Shown here: one piece after another, positions 35,664 to 46,024 of the stretch
Layout of the letters: each line of letters starts with the position of its first letter
How positions within the stretch are numbered: position 1 is the first letter of the stretch
Source: Alphaproteobacteria bacterium
GTDB taxonomy: Bacteria; Pseudomonadota; Alphaproteobacteria; UBA9219; RFNS01
DNA: 64,000 nucleotides
Assembly (NCBI GenBank): GCA_037200005.1
Contig: JBBCGY010000001.1
Location: 42,416 to 106,415, forward strand
Reading direction: 5' to 3'
Program-made: the position numbers and the translations under genes
Notes under the pieces: generated by a model
Told to the model about the DNA's origin: nothing
Databases searched by the model: none
What the model saw: the letters and a program-made list of their open reading frames with translations, nothing else

Positions 35664-36284
35664 CTATTCCCCAAAGACCCAATCGACCGGTATATAGACA
35701 TTCGCGGATAGAATCTCGGTGCCTGGATTAAGATAGGTCAGCCCGGCATTCGATATATGCCCGAAGGAAGCGGCGATCCGCATATCGTTATCGAAGCGCC
35801 AGCCCACCTCCATGGTGGAGCGGAACTCGACGAAAGAGCCAAGCCTCTTGCCGTTGCCGCGGTAATAAACGCCGACGACCTCGTTGGGAGCTATGAAGAA
35901 ATTCCTGCCGAAAGGAAAAATATCGAACATGAAGCCGCCATAGCCGTACAGCGCCCCCGAACTGGTGCCCTCGATTCCGGTCATGGGACGAATCTGAAAA
36001 TATTTATCCCAGCTCTTGAAACTATCCGACACGATCGGCAGCAGCGACGTGCCCCAGCGATATTCGGCGCGGAAATCCACCGCCTGATGGCGGGGATTAT
36101 TCTGGTCGACGTCATAATAGCCAACGCTGAAGCCCAGAAGATCGGGCTGCTTCCACCACAGCAAATTCCTGTCCTCGGCGGACGCGTCCTGCGACCGCAC
36201 ATAGGTCAAGGGCGGCTCGGCAGCGTGGGCCAGGCCGGCGATCAGGCATGAAAGAACGAGCGCGGCGCAGAACTTCATGGGCAT
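35664..36284 (-). CDS. PagL-like acyloxyacyl hydrolase / lipid A deacylase family outer-membrane protein
   Basis: Signal peptide MPMKFCAALVLSCLIAGLAHA. HISNAG catalytic-type motif. Beta-barrel-like alternation. SD GAAGG. Confidence 0.65.
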   Translation of the reverse strand: MPMKFCAALVLSCLIAGLAHAAEPPLTYVRSQDASAEDRNLLWWKQPDLLGFSVGYYDVDQNNPRHQAVDFRAEYRWGTSLLPIVSDSFKSWDKYFQIRPMTGIEGTSSGALYGYGGFMFDIFPFGRNFFIAPNEVVGVYYRGNGKRLGSFVEFRSTMEVGWRFDNDMRIAASFGHISNAGLTYLNPGTEILSANVYIPVDWVFGE

Positions 36285-36351
36285 GGGAGAACCTTCGGAA
36301 AGAGCGATCTTCGGAGACGGAGCCGGATTCTGCGCAGAGGCGGGAATTTTA

Positions 36352-39054
36352 TCAAGGACGTTTTGCTTGCCGCCCCGGCGAGGCGAGGGATTTCGTGACG
36401 ATTTCATAGCTATTGGTCGAAAGGCCCCTGACCGCCTGCAATTCCTTAAGCGCCGCCTGCATCAATTTCTGCCGCGCGGGATCGAAGCTCCGCCAGCGGT
36501 CGAACGCCCCGGCAAGCCGGGCGGCCATCTGCGGATTGAGCTTATCGACCTTGCTGATTTCCTCCACCAGCAAACGATAGCCCGCGCCCGACGCCGCGTG
36601 AAAGGCGAACAGATTGCCGGCAAAGCCGCCGATCAGCGAACGCAGCTTGTTGGGATTGGCGCGGTCGAAGTCCGGATGTTTCAATAGTTCCCTAACCCGC
36701 CGCACCGTATCGCCGCGCCCTGCCGACGCTTGCACCGCGAACCATTTATTAATGACGAGCTCGTCCTCGCGCCAGCGGGCATAGAAATCCATCAGCGCGC
36801 GGATTCTGAGCTTGTCGCCGCTTTGCACGAGCACGCCGAGCGCGGCGGCCTGATCGGTCATGTTGGGCGACTGCCGCACTTGCGCCGCCGCCGCGGCCAA
36901 AGCCTTCCCATCGCCGCTCAGTCCCAGATAGCCAAGGCACAGGTTTTTCAAGGCGCGCGCGCCCATCGCCTTGCCGTCCACCCCATAGGGATCGGGCGCG
37001 AGATCGCGCCAGCGCGCCCAGAACAAATCGCGATGCTCGCGGGCGATCGCGCGGCGCAAGGCATCGCGCGCCTTCTGCACGGCGGCCGGATCGACGGTCT
37101 TGCCCGCCGCCGCGAGCAACAGCGCGATTTCATGCTCGCCGGGTATTTGCAAAAGCAGCGCGGCGAAGGCCGGATCGAGCGTCTTGTCGGCCAGAACCGC
37201 GCCCAGCGCCGCGATGAATTTTTCCGGCATCGCCGGTTTGCGCCCGGCCTTGAAAGCGGCGACGAGGCGCAGCAATATGCGGTTGAACAATGTCTGTCCG
37301 GCATCGAAACGGCTGAAGGAATCTGTATCGTGCGCCAGCAGAAAAAGCAGTTCCGATTCCCGCCAGGCGTAATCAACCCGCACCGGCGCCGAGAAATTCC
37401 GCAACAGAGAGGGGATCGGCTCGGATTCGATATTCTTGAACGTGAAATTCTCGACCGGCTTGCGCAGCTGCAAAATCTCGGTGCCGATAAGATCGCGCCC
37501 GCTTTTATCCAGAAGGCCGATAGCGAAAGGAATATGCAGCGGGCGCTTCTTCGGCTGCCCCGGCGTCGGCGGGCAGGATTGCCTGACCTGCAGGGCATAA
37601 GTCTGTTTCTTCTTGTTATAGCGCGACGTCACCTTGAGCAGCGGCGTGCCCGCCTGGCTGTACCACAGCTTGAATTGATCGAGATCGACGCGGTTGGCAT
37701 CGCTCATCGCGGCGACGAAATCGTCGCAGGTCGCGGCGCTGCCGTCATGCCGCTTGACATAGAGCTTCATCCCGCGCTGCCAGCCGGTTTCGCCGAGCAT
37801 GAGATGGAGCATATGGCATAATTCCGCGCCCTTCTGGTAAATCGTCGACGTATAGAAATTGTCGATGGTGAGATAGCTTTCGGGACGGACGGGGTGCGCG
37901 TTCGGCCCGGAATCTTCGGCGAATTGCTGAATTCGCAGCCCGCGCACTTCACGTACCCGCTCGACGGCGGGCGAATTCATCGCCTCGACGAATTGCCGCT
38001 CGCGGAATACCGTCAGCCCTTCTTTCAAACTCAGCTGAAACCAGTCGCGGCAGGTGATGCGGTTGCCGGTCCAGTTATGGAAATATTCATGGCCGACGAC
38101 GCGCTCGACGAAGGAAATATCGCCGTCGGTCGCGGTTTCCGGGCGCGCCAGCACGCAATCGGAATTAAAGATATTGAGTCCCTTATTCTCCATCGCGCCC
38201 ATATTGAAGAAGCGCGTGGCGACGATCATGAACCGGTCGAGATCGTATTCGAGGCCGTAGGCCTCTTCGTCCCAGCGCATCGAATTCTTGAGCGCGCGCA
38301 GCGCGATGGCCGTCTGGCTTCCGTTGCCCGGCTCGACATAGATTTCGAGCAGCACCTTGCGCCCGGATTGGGTGACGAATTTGTCCGGCACGCGGTCAAG
38401 CTTGCCCGCGACCATGGCGAACAGATAACAGGGTTTCGGAAACGGGTCTTCCCACGACACCCAATGCCTTCCACGGAGCCGTCCGCCGGCAATCCTGCCC
38501 TTGCCGATGAGATTGCCGTTCGAGAGCAGCACCGGATATCGCGCCGCGTCCGCTTCGATCCGCACGCGAAACCGCGCCAGCACGTCGGGCCGGTCGGGAT
38601 AATAGGTGATGCGGCGAAATCCTTCGGCCTCGCATTGGGTGCAAAGCATGTCGCCGGACTGATAAAAACCGGACAGCGCGGTATTTTTATGCGGCTCGTG
38701 CGTGCTGACGATCTCGAGCGTAAAGGGCTTGCCGCCATCCGGCACGAGCTTTTTCAGGACGATAAGATGCTCCGGCGTGACCTCATATTCCGCCGCCGCG
38801 AGCTTGCGGCCATCGAGGCGGACTTCCTTCAAATCCTGCGCTTCGCCGTTCAGGGTCAGCGCGCCGCCCGCGGACGCGGCGGGATTGCGCTTCATGCGCA
38901 GCGTCGCGTGGACCCGCGTATGATCGTCATGAATTTGCACATCGAGCGCCGTATCCGTAACCAGAAACGGCGGGGGCGAATAATCGGCCCGCAGCACGGG
39001 CATGGGCTTGGGCGGCGTGGGCGCGTCATAGGGGAATTTAGAAAATTTAGACAC
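36352..39054 (-). CDS. pepN: aminopeptidase N
   Basis: GAMEN exopeptidase motif (GAMENKGLN) and HEYFHNWTGNRITCRDWFQLSLKEG (HExxH+E). Length 900 aa. Confidence 0.95.
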   Translation of the reverse strand: MSKFSKFPYDAPTPPKPMPVLRADYSPPPFLVTDTALDVQIHDDHTRVHATLRMKRNPAASAGGALTLNGEAQDLKEVRLDGRKLAAAEYEVTPEHLIVLKKLVPDGGKPFTLEIVSTHEPHKNTALSGFYQSGDMLCTQCEAEGFRRITYYPDRPDVLARFRVRIEADAARYPVLLSNGNLIGKGRIAGGRLRGRHWVSWEDPFPKPCYLFAMVAGKLDRVPDKFVTQSGRKVLLEIYVEPGNGSQTAIALRALKNSMRWDEEAYGLEYDLDRFMIVATRFFNMGAMENKGLNIFNSDCVLARPETATDGDISFVERVVGHEYFHNWTGNRITCRDWFQLSLKEGLTVFRERQFVEAMNSPAVERVREVRGLRIQQFAEDSGPNAHPVRPESYLTIDNFYTSTIYQKGAELCHMLHLMLGETGWQRGMKLYVKRHDGSAATCDDFVAAMSDANRVDLDQFKLWYSQAGTPLLKVTSRYNKKKQTYALQVRQSCPPTPGQPKKRPLHIPFAIGLLDKSGRDLIGTEILQLRKPVENFTFKNIESEPIPSLLRNFSAPVRVDYAWRESELLFLLAHDTDSFSRFDAGQTLFNRILLRLVAAFKAGRKPAMPEKFIAALGAVLADKTLDPAFAALLLQIPGEHEIALLLAAAGKTVDPAAVQKARDALRRAIAREHRDLFWARWRDLAPDPYGVDGKAMGARALKNLCLGYLGLSGDGKALAAAAAQVRQSPNMTDQAAALGVLVQSGDKLRIRALMDFYARWREDELVINKWFAVQASAGRGDTVRRVRELLKHPDFDRANPNKLRSLIGGFAGNLFAFHAASGAGYRLLVEEISKVDKLNPQMAARLAGAFDRWRSFDPARQKLMQAALKELQAVRGLSTNSYEIVTKSLASPGRQAKRP

Positions 39055-39133
39055 GGGCTGATCTCCGACGGAACCATATAGACATCAGAGAAGCTTGCGG
39101 CAAAAGTCAATCGGACTCAAGCGCCGTCCGGCA

Positions 39134-39805
39134 TTAGGCCTCCAGCGCGGTCTTCTGGAACGTACGGCGCAGCATCGTCTGGTCTATATTATAGCGCTGT
39201 TCCGCATCATAGCCGAGCACGGGCATATTGCCCGGCGTCGCCCCTTCGCGCGGCTTCAGCGCGCCGAGATAAAGGAAACCGACCTGCCCAAGAATCATGT
39301 TCCGCATCACGAAAGGCAGATAGCCCGGACGGGGCCAGCCGTCGGCGATGCCGCGCGGCTTGTCGTAATCGGGATAGCCGAAAATCTCCGCGCCGCGCAT
39401 GGTGCGAAAACCGCCCGCGCCGCCGCCCGTCTTGCCGCCGGTCTCTCCGCCGCTTTTTTCGCCGGAATTTTTCTTTTCACCGTCGTCATTGGCGGCAAAG
39501 CCGCCGCGCCAGTCGTCATGCAGCAAATCCTGCAGCGTTTTCGAAGTATCCGGCAATTCGCGCAGGAACCGCCTGTAGACCATCGCGTAATTATGCCGGT
39601 AAAGATCGCCATGCTCCCGGTCGCGCTGCGTTTTCAGCCAAAGCGCTTTCAGCTCTGACCGGTAGTACCGGAAAAAGTCGGCCTCTTTTTCCCTGTCATG
39701 CTCGGCGAGGGTATATTGGATGACGCCCATCTGGTCATAGACGATGTCGCTCCATTCCCACCAGAAACGCATGGGGATCTTTTTTTGCGGTACGAGTAGA
39801 GTCAT
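39134..39805 (-). CDS. hypothetical protein with central Gly-rich linker (223 aa)
   Basis: Intact ORF. It has a GEKSGGETGGKTGGGAGG low-complexity segment between W/Y-rich halves. No family recognised. Confidence 0.55.
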   Translation of the reverse strand: MTLLVPQKKIPMRFWWEWSDIVYDQMGVIQYTLAEHDREKEADFFRYYRSELKALWLKTQRDREHGDLYRHNYAMVYRRFLRELPDTSKTLQDLLHDDWRGGFAANDDGEKKNSGEKSGGETGGKTGGGAGGFRTMRGAEIFGYPDYDKPRGIADGWPRPGYLPFVMRNMILGQVGFLYLGALKPREGATPGNMPVLGYDAEQRYNIDQTMLRRTFQKTALEA

Positions 39806-39915
39806 GGCCGGATTATTGCTCCTTCCCGTTGCAAAAGTAAATTCCTGTTTTTAGGCAAGTCATGAGTATATATCTTGTATGAACCGGTCTTGCGTTAACT
39901 ATAATAAACTCCGCC

Positions 39916-41109
39916 ATGAATGATCCTGCCGCCGATTCTCGCCCCTTGCTCCTTTATCTCGTCACCGAGGATTGGGCCTTTATGTCCCATCGGCTTCCGG
40001 TGGCGCGGGGGGCCGAAGAAGCCGGGATGCGCGTCGGCGTCATGACGCGCGTCGGACGGCATGGCGGGGACATTCAGGCGCTCGGCTATGATTTATATCC
40101 CCTTCAATGGGTCAGGCGCAGCCTTAACCCGCTCAGGATTCTGCGCGATCTTACGCAGATTATCGCGCTATATCGCCGCCTTCGCCCGCGCATCGCGCAG
40201 CATGTGGCCCTCAAGGCCGTTCTCATAGGAGGCCTCGCGGCGCGGTTCGCCGATATCCCGGCGCAAATCGCCGCGATCAACGGCGTGGGTTTCGTCTTTA
40301 CCGATCCGGGGCTGAAGGCGCGCCTCATGCGCCTCGCTTTCGTGCCCATGCTGCGTTTTGTCCTGCGCCGCGAGCATGTCATGGCATGGTTCCAGAATGC
40401 GGACGACCGCGATTTATTCATCAGGCTCGGCATCGTCGTGCCGGAACAAACCGTCATCCTGCGCGGCGCGGGCGTCGATACCGATATATTGCAGCCGGCG
40501 CCGGAAGCGGCCGGCCCCATCACATGCGCTTATGCCGGACGGATGCTGCGCTCGAAAGGCGTGGACGCGCTGGTCGAGGCCGTGCGGCGATGCAGGGCCG
40601 AAGGCATGGATCTTCGCCTTCTTCTGGCCGGATCGGCCGACGACAATCCGACCAGTTTCTCGCAGCAACAGCTCGAAGCCTGGAATCGCATGGAAGGGAT
40701 CGAGCATCTTGGCCACATTTCGGACATCGGCGATCTGTGGAGACGGGCGCATATCGCCGTCCTGCCCTGCCGCGTGCGCGAGGGAATGCCGAAAACCCTG
40801 CTCGACGCGGCGGCATGCGGGCGGCCCATCGTGGCCAGCGACCTCGAAGGCGTGCGGGAAGTCGCGCGGCACGGGCATAACGCCATCCTCGTTCCGCCTG
40901 GCGATACGAATGCGCTCGCGGCGGCGCTCGCGGCGCTGACGAAAGACGCGGCGCGGCGGCAAAATATGGGGCGCGAAAGCCGCGCCATGGTCATGGGAGA
41001 AATGTCGGCAGCCGCCATTCAGGCAGGCGCGGCGGCGATTTACCGCCGGATCATAGCGTCTTCCCGATCAGCGCCGGATTCCCTTCGGCGTCGCGGGCCC
41101 GCATCGTGA
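39916..41109 (+). CDS. glycosyltransferase family 4 (GT-B)
   Basis: C-terminal REGMPKTLLDAAACGRPIVASD motif and overall GT4 pattern. Confidence 0.75.
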   Translation: MNDPAADSRPLLLYLVTEDWAFMSHRLPVARGAEEAGMRVGVMTRVGRHGGDIQALGYDLYPLQWVRRSLNPLRILRDLTQIIALYRRLRPRIAQHVALKAVLIGGLAARFADIPAQIAAINGVGFVFTDPGLKARLMRLAFVPMLRFVLRREHVMAWFQNADDRDLFIRLGIVVPEQTVILRGAGVDTDILQPAPEAAGPITCAYAGRMLRSKGVDALVEAVRRCRAEGMDLRLLLAGSADDNPTSFSQQQLEAWNRMEGIEHLGHISDIGDLWRRAHIAVLPCRVREGMPKTLLDAAACGRPIVASDLEGVREVARHGHNAILVPPGDTNALAAALAALTKDAARRQNMGRESRAMVMGEMSAAAIQAGAAAIYRRIIASSRSAPDSLRRRGPAS

Positions 41110-41803
41110 ACGTGCCGCGCGCGCAAAGCCGCCGCGCGCCGGTCAGAAAATTTTCGGCGGTCATGGCGACCGAAACCGTGACGTCGCTTCCGGAAACGGC
41201 CGTGGGATGAGCGACCAGATCGATCAATTCGCCCTGATAAGAGGGCAAATGGAAGTCGATCTCCCCTGACGCGATCATGATCATGGACTGACGGCAAAAG
41301 CGCGACGCCGCCACGAAGGCGGCCTTGCCCATCAACCCGAGCGCCGCGCCATGATCGAGTTCGCCATGATGATCGGTGGAGTCGGGAAAGATCATTTCCA
41401 TCATATGCGCCGCGTGAGGCGGCAAGGGCCGGTCGTCGCCGGGCGCCGCGCGGATCGGCTCCTTGCCGTCCACCGCCACGAGAACGAAGCTGCCGCGCGC
41501 GCAAAGCTTGCGCGTTCCCGCGATCAGGTCTTCGGCATAGAGTTCGACTCCGGCGGCGAGCGATGTGTTGCCGACTCGCTCGATGCTGCCGGCAAGTTCG
41601 ACAAGCTGACCCTGGCGCGCCGGAGCGAGGAAATCGATCTGAGCCGCGGAGGCCGTGACGAAATTGCGCCGCGCATAGCGGCTCCCGGTCAGGAAGGCCG
41701 TCTTATCCATCAGTGCCAGCGCCGTGCCGCCGTAAAGCGTGCCGTGATGATTGGCCTGCTTCGGCACGACGAGTTCGACGATCTTGGTGACGGCGAGAGG
41801 CAT
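41051..41803 (-). CDS. acyl-CoA thioesterase, tandem hotdog domains
   Basis: Two repeats of the hotdog pattern (ANHHGTLYGG...; TDHHGELDHG...). Confidence 0.75.
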   Translation of the reverse strand: MPLAVTKIVELVVPKQANHHGTLYGGTALALMDKTAFLTGSRYARRNFVTASAAQIDFLAPARQGQLVELAGSIERVGNTSLAAGVELYAEDLIAGTRKLCARGSFVLVAVDGKEPIRAAPGDDRPLPPHAAHMMEMIFPDSTDHHGELDHGAALGLMGKAAFVAASRFCRQSMIMIASGEIDFHLPSYQGELIDLVAHPTAVSGSDVTVSVAMTAENFLTGARRLCARGTFTMRARDAEGNPALIGKTL

Positions 41804-41806
41804 GCT

Positions 41807-42673
41807 TTATCCTGCGCGGGATTTCGGGAACATGAAAGCGAGCGGCAGCGCCAAAGTCTGCATGATGAGAATCAGCACCCGGAAGCTCAGAGCGTAAAGC
41901 GCCGCCACGCCCTTAGCGTCGCCCCACAGCATCAGCGAGAAAACCCAGCCCCATTCGGCGAGGCCGAGATTGCCCGGCGTCAGCGGGACCAGCACCGTCA
42001 AAGTGGCGAACGGCAGGGCGTAGGCGATATGGGCGGGCGCAAGCGCCAGATTGAACGCCATCGCTCCCAAGAGCAGACGCAGCGTCATGAACAGGATGCG
42101 CAGGAACGACCACATCAAGGCTTCGGGAAAGACCAGGCGCGGAAAAATTTTAACGCCTGCCGCGCCGCCCAGCACAGCGACCCCAAGCCCGCATATCAGC
42201 CAGGCCGGGAAGCTGATATCCATCCATAGCTGCAGCAGGCTGCCGGGCATGAACGCCATGACGATGAACAATTCCCCCAGCTGGTCGACCATCGCATTCT
42301 TGAAACCACGCTTCCAGTTGCGCTCTCCGCCGCCATGCGTCGCCAGCGCGCGTCCGGCGATCAACGCCACGGTCGAGGGCAGGATTTGCGCGAGCCAGCT
42401 TTGCCAGACGAAATGCCGCCAGTAATAACCGGTGGCGTGCGGCGCATGATGATCGAGGGCGCGGTCGAGAAACGCCCATTTGCGCGCGCCCGTCCACAGC
42501 ATCAGGAATGTCAGCGCGACGACCCCGATCAAGGCCTGAATATTGATATTCTCGAGAAGCTGCCGCCGGTCGTCGCCGGTCAACGCCGTCTGCCGCACGA
42601 GATAAATGCAAAGCCCCAGGCCGAGCGCGAGGCCCGCCGCGGCCTGAAGAGCCAGAGGAATACGTTTTTTCAT
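41807..42673 (-). CDS. flippase-like / UPF0104 (lysyl-PG synthase TM region-like) membrane protein (288 aa)
   Basis: Polytopic membrane protein. The ATG at 42673 overlaps the upstream GT4 stop (ATGA). The longer ORF-track start was rejected. Confidence 0.5.
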   Translation of the reverse strand: MKKRIPLALQAAAGLALGLGLCIYLVRQTALTGDDRRQLLENINIQALIGVVALTFLMLWTGARKWAFLDRALDHHAPHATGYYWRHFVWQSWLAQILPSTVALIAGRALATHGGGERNWKRGFKNAMVDQLGELFIVMAFMPGSLLQLWMDISFPAWLICGLGVAVLGGAAGVKIFPRLVFPEALMWSFLRILFMTLRLLLGAMAFNLALAPAHIAYALPFATLTVLVPLTPGNLGLAEWGWVFSLMLWGDAKGVAALYALSFRVLILIMQTLALPLAFMFPKSRAG

Positions 42674-43824
42674 GGGATCAGCCCGCGAAAAATCGCCGCG
42701 TAATTCTCGACGGCGTCCGGCCACGACCAGTTGGACAATGCGAAGGCTGCCAGCTCGGCGCGCCGCGTCTCCAGTTTTTCCGGATCGGCCAGAACAGCCT
42801 TGATTCTTTCCGCCCAGCGCGCCGCCGTCGCCTCGGGATCGGCGGAATCGACGGTTTCCGTAAACAATATCTCCGGCAGGCGCGCGTCGGCTCCCGCGAT
42901 CTCGGCGCCGCAAAGAATCGGAAGACCGCAGGCGGCGGCTTCCTGAACCACCAGCGGAAAGCCCTCGCCGCTGCTGGGCAAAACCAGAAGATCGGCGGCC
43001 TGATAAAGTTCGGCGACGCCCGCGCCATTGCGATCCCGCACCGCCATGCAATTGCGCAATCCCCACAGCGCGGGATCGAGCGGGCCGCGCCCGGCGAACA
43101 TCCAGTCATATTCCGGCAGCGAAGCCGCGAGGCGCTTCAGCGCCGGCAATCCCTTTTTCTCGACGAAGCGCCCCACGAACAGCATGGCGGGCTGTTCGTC
43201 CAGGCCGAATTTCTGCCGCAGCACATGGCGCCGGTCGGACGTGACCGGCTTGAAAACGCTGGTCAGCACGCCGTTGGGAATTAATTGCGGCGCGTGCTTC
43301 CATTTGCCGATCAGGCCGGAGAAATAATCCTGCACCTGCGCGGCGATGAACACCGTCTGGTCGGCATGCTGGAGCATCTTCGCGGCGATCCAGCGATTCC
43401 CGTGACGCATAAGGTCGCGCAGCAGGCGGTTTTGATAAGGCACCGCGCCGATATGCTGGGTAATCACCACCGGCCTTTTAAAGACTTTCGCGAACAGATA
43501 CGCGGCGATATTGCCGGAATAAAGCGTATCATGCAGCCACAGCGCGTCATGCTCGCGCACCGCTCTCGCCAGCTTCATCAGCGCCCGCGGCGACCAGACC
43601 GGCATCGGCACGCCGTATTTCCGCTCGATGATGTTGGTGCCTCCCATCGGCAGATAGGTCACGCCCGGCAGCTCGACCACCGGATCGCAGGCCGTTGCCG
43701 CCCAGGTGAAATCGATGCCCGGCGCGACCTGGCGCATCGTCAGCAGCAATTGCCGCGCGACCAGCTCAATCCCGCCGCCATGAGCGGGGTAATAATGCGT
43801 GACGACCAGAACCTTCATAACCAC
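42670..43824 (-). CDS. glycosyltransferase family 4
   Basis: N-terminus KVLVVTHYYPAHGGGIE. The E-x7-E motif EGFPLVVQEAAACGLPI is present. Confidence 0.8.
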   Translation of the reverse strand: MVMKVLVVTHYYPAHGGGIELVARQLLLTMRQVAPGIDFTWAATACDPVVELPGVTYLPMGGTNIIERKYGVPMPVWSPRALMKLARAVREHDALWLHDTLYSGNIAAYLFAKVFKRPVVITQHIGAVPYQNRLLRDLMRHGNRWIAAKMLQHADQTVFIAAQVQDYFSGLIGKWKHAPQLIPNGVLTSVFKPVTSDRRHVLRQKFGLDEQPAMLFVGRFVEKKGLPALKRLAASLPEYDWMFAGRGPLDPALWGLRNCMAVRDRNGAGVAELYQAADLLVLPSSGEGFPLVVQEAAACGLPILCGAEIAGADARLPEILFTETVDSADPEATAARWAERIKAVLADPEKLETRRAELAAFALSNWSWPDAVENYAAIFRGLIP

Positions 43825-44849
43825 CGCACCTGCCCGGCAGCCTGCTGCTGCAGATCCAGCACCGCCATCGCATCCGCCGCGTCGATGCCTTGCGGCTTGG
43901 CGCCGGACGTCATGGCATCGGAGAAACGGCGGAACACTTCGTCATTGCCGTAATCTAGGCGTCCGCGAAGATAGGCGATGCCGTTCGGAACATATTGCGC
44001 CATATGCCAGGCGCAGGCGCGCAGACTCGTCCCCACGATCTGCGGCAGTTCATGCGCGCCGTCCTGCGGCAGGCGGATATAGAAATCGCGGAAGATATCG
44101 ACGATGCCCAGCGCCTTCTCGCCGCCGACGGTGAGCGTCCATTCGCTCAGCGGGCTGACAAAGTTGCAGCCTATCGTCACCGGAATATCGCGCTCGCCCT
44201 GATAGACGAGGCGGATTTCGTCCGGAGTATTGTCCTTCCCCTTCCGCCACGCCACCGCGTCGCGCAGCCGCATGCCGCCCGCGAGCCGCCGCAGCAGATA
44301 GAAGAAATGCGGACTTTCGTCATAAAACAGTCCAAGCGGCAATTGCTGATACCATACCGGCAGGCGGCGGCGCGGATTGCCGAGTTGCTGCGCCGCGATC
44401 CATTTCACCGCGCCCAGCCGCCCAGCCGCGATATCGCGCTCCAGCCGGGCGAAAGCGCGGGAGAACTGAAAATTATGCACGACCGCCAGAATCTTTCCCG
44501 AATCCGCCGAGGCTTTAAGCATGGCCCTGCCTTCGTCCCCGCTCATGGCGAAAGGCTTTTCGGTCAGCACATGCTTGCCCATGCCGAGCGCCTCGCGCGC
44601 AAGCTCCGCATGCGCAAAGGGCGGCGCGGCGATCGTCATTGCTTCGATTTCATCGCGCCACGGCGCATCGGCCAGGCTCATGCCGGCCGCGTGATAGGGA
44701 ATGCCGAACCGCTCGGCGACCATTTTAGCTTTGTCGGCATGCCGGTCGATGACTCCGGCAAGCTCGAGGCCGCCGCAGCGCATGATCGAGGGAATGTGCC
44801 GCGCCTGCGCGACCCAGCCCAGGCCGATGACGGCAACCTTACGCGCCAT
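43815..44849 (-). CDS. Gfo/Idh/MocA family oxidoreductase
   Basis: N-terminal Rossmann motif VAVIGLGWVAQARHIP and family-typical length. Confidence 0.75.
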   Translation of the reverse strand: MARKVAVIGLGWVAQARHIPSIMRCGGLELAGVIDRHADKAKMVAERFGIPYHAAGMSLADAPWRDEIEAMTIAAPPFAHAELAREALGMGKHVLTEKPFAMSGDEGRAMLKASADSGKILAVVHNFQFSRAFARLERDIAAGRLGAVKWIAAQQLGNPRRRLPVWYQQLPLGLFYDESPHFFYLLRRLAGGMRLRDAVAWRKGKDNTPDEIRLVYQGERDIPVTIGCNFVSPLSEWTLTVGGEKALGIVDIFRDFYIRLPQDGAHELPQIVGTSLRACAWHMAQYVPNGIAYLRGRLDYGNDEVFRRFSDAMTSGAKPQGIDAADAMAVLDLQQQAAGQVRWL

Positions 44850-45975
44850 GGCGGGACGATCGCTTGGAAGTCAGGAACAGCACCATGTAACCCATCACGG
44901 CGGCAAGGAACGATCCGGTCATAATGGCAAGCCGCGTCCTATCGATCAAGGCTCCATCCTGAAAGCTGAGGCTGCCGATGAACAGGGCCATAGTGAAGCC
45001 GACGCCGCCCAGAATGCTCATGCCATAGACCTGCGCCCAGCCGGCATGCGGCGGCAGGCGCGAGATTCCCGATTTCACCGCCACCGCGATCGCGGAGAAA
45101 ATGCCGATCTGCTTGCCGAGAAACATGCCCAGCACGATGCCCCAGAAGACCGGATGATCGAGGGATTCAATCGTCATGCCTTTCAGCGTCACCCCCGCAT
45201 TGGCGAAGGCGAACACCGGAAGAATGGCGAAAGCCACCCATGCATGCAGCGCCGACAATACCTTCTTGCCGCTGGCGCGCGGCAGCGCGAAAGCCAGAAT
45301 CACGCCCGCGATGGTGGCGTGGATGCCGCTGTGATGCACGCAGTACCATAGCGGCACGCTCAGCAGCAGATACGGCCAAGCCCTGTCGATTTTCAGGCGG
45401 CGCAGTCCCCACATGGCGCCGACGATGGCAAGCGCATTGCCGACATACAGCGCGTCGAGCTGCCCGGCGTAAAATAATCCGATGATGAGGATCGAGCCGA
45501 GATCGTCCACGATGGCGAGCGTCAGCATGAAGACGCGCAGGCTGGGGGGCAGGCGCTTGGCCAGCAGTGCCATGATTCCCACGGCGAAAGCGATATCGGT
45601 CGCCGCCGGGACCGCCCAGCCGCGATAAAACTCCGGATGGCCTGCTACACAGATGAAATAGACGATGGCGGGTGCCACCATGCCGCCGAGCGCAGCGATG
45701 ATCGGCAGGCTGGCGCGCCGCCAATCGGAAAGCGAGCCGTGGGAACCCATTTCGCGTTTGATTTCCAGCCCGACGACCAGATAAAAAACCGGGATCAGCG
45801 CGTCGTTGATCCAGCCGGCATAATGGATGCCGAGAAACTCGACGCGCCAGAAAGCGTGATAGAAATCGGCCAGCGGCGTATTGGCCAAAATCAGCCCCGC
45901 CGATCCCGCCAGCAGCAGCACGATCCCGGACGCGGCTTCGTCGCGCAGAATTTTATGCAGCCATGATTTGGGCAC
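44839..45975 (-). CDS. nhaA: Na+/H+ antiporter NhaA
   Basis: LAIVDDLGSILIIGLFY (the DD motif) and a polytopic membrane profile. The GTG start at 45975 lies 5 nt after AGGAG. The ORF-track N-terminal extension was rejected. Confidence 0.85.
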   Translation of the reverse strand: MPKSWLHKILRDEAASGIVLLLAGSAGLILANTPLADFYHAFWRVEFLGIHYAGWINDALIPVFYLVVGLEIKREMGSHGSLSDWRRASLPIIAALGGMVAPAIVYFICVAGHPEFYRGWAVPAATDIAFAVGIMALLAKRLPPSLRVFMLTLAIVDDLGSILIIGLFYAGQLDALYVGNALAIVGAMWGLRRLKIDRAWPYLLLSVPLWYCVHHSGIHATIAGVILAFALPRASGKKVLSALHAWVAFAILPVFAFANAGVTLKGMTIESLDHPVFWGIVLGMFLGKQIGIFSAIAVAVKSGISRLPPHAGWAQVYGMSILGGVGFTMALFIGSLSFQDGALIDRTRLAIMTGSFLAAVMGYMVLFLTSKRSSRHGA

Positions 45976-46024
45976 GGAAACTCCTGGAAACAACGGATGG
46001 ATTCGCGAGGATGGAATTATAGAA

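Noticed and set aside
41051-41109. A 59-bp convergent overlap of the GT4 gene and the thioesterase gene as a regulatory antisense arrangement.
   Set aside because: Convergent 3' overlaps of this size are common in GC-rich genomes where stop codons are rare. There is no supporting structure or repeat.
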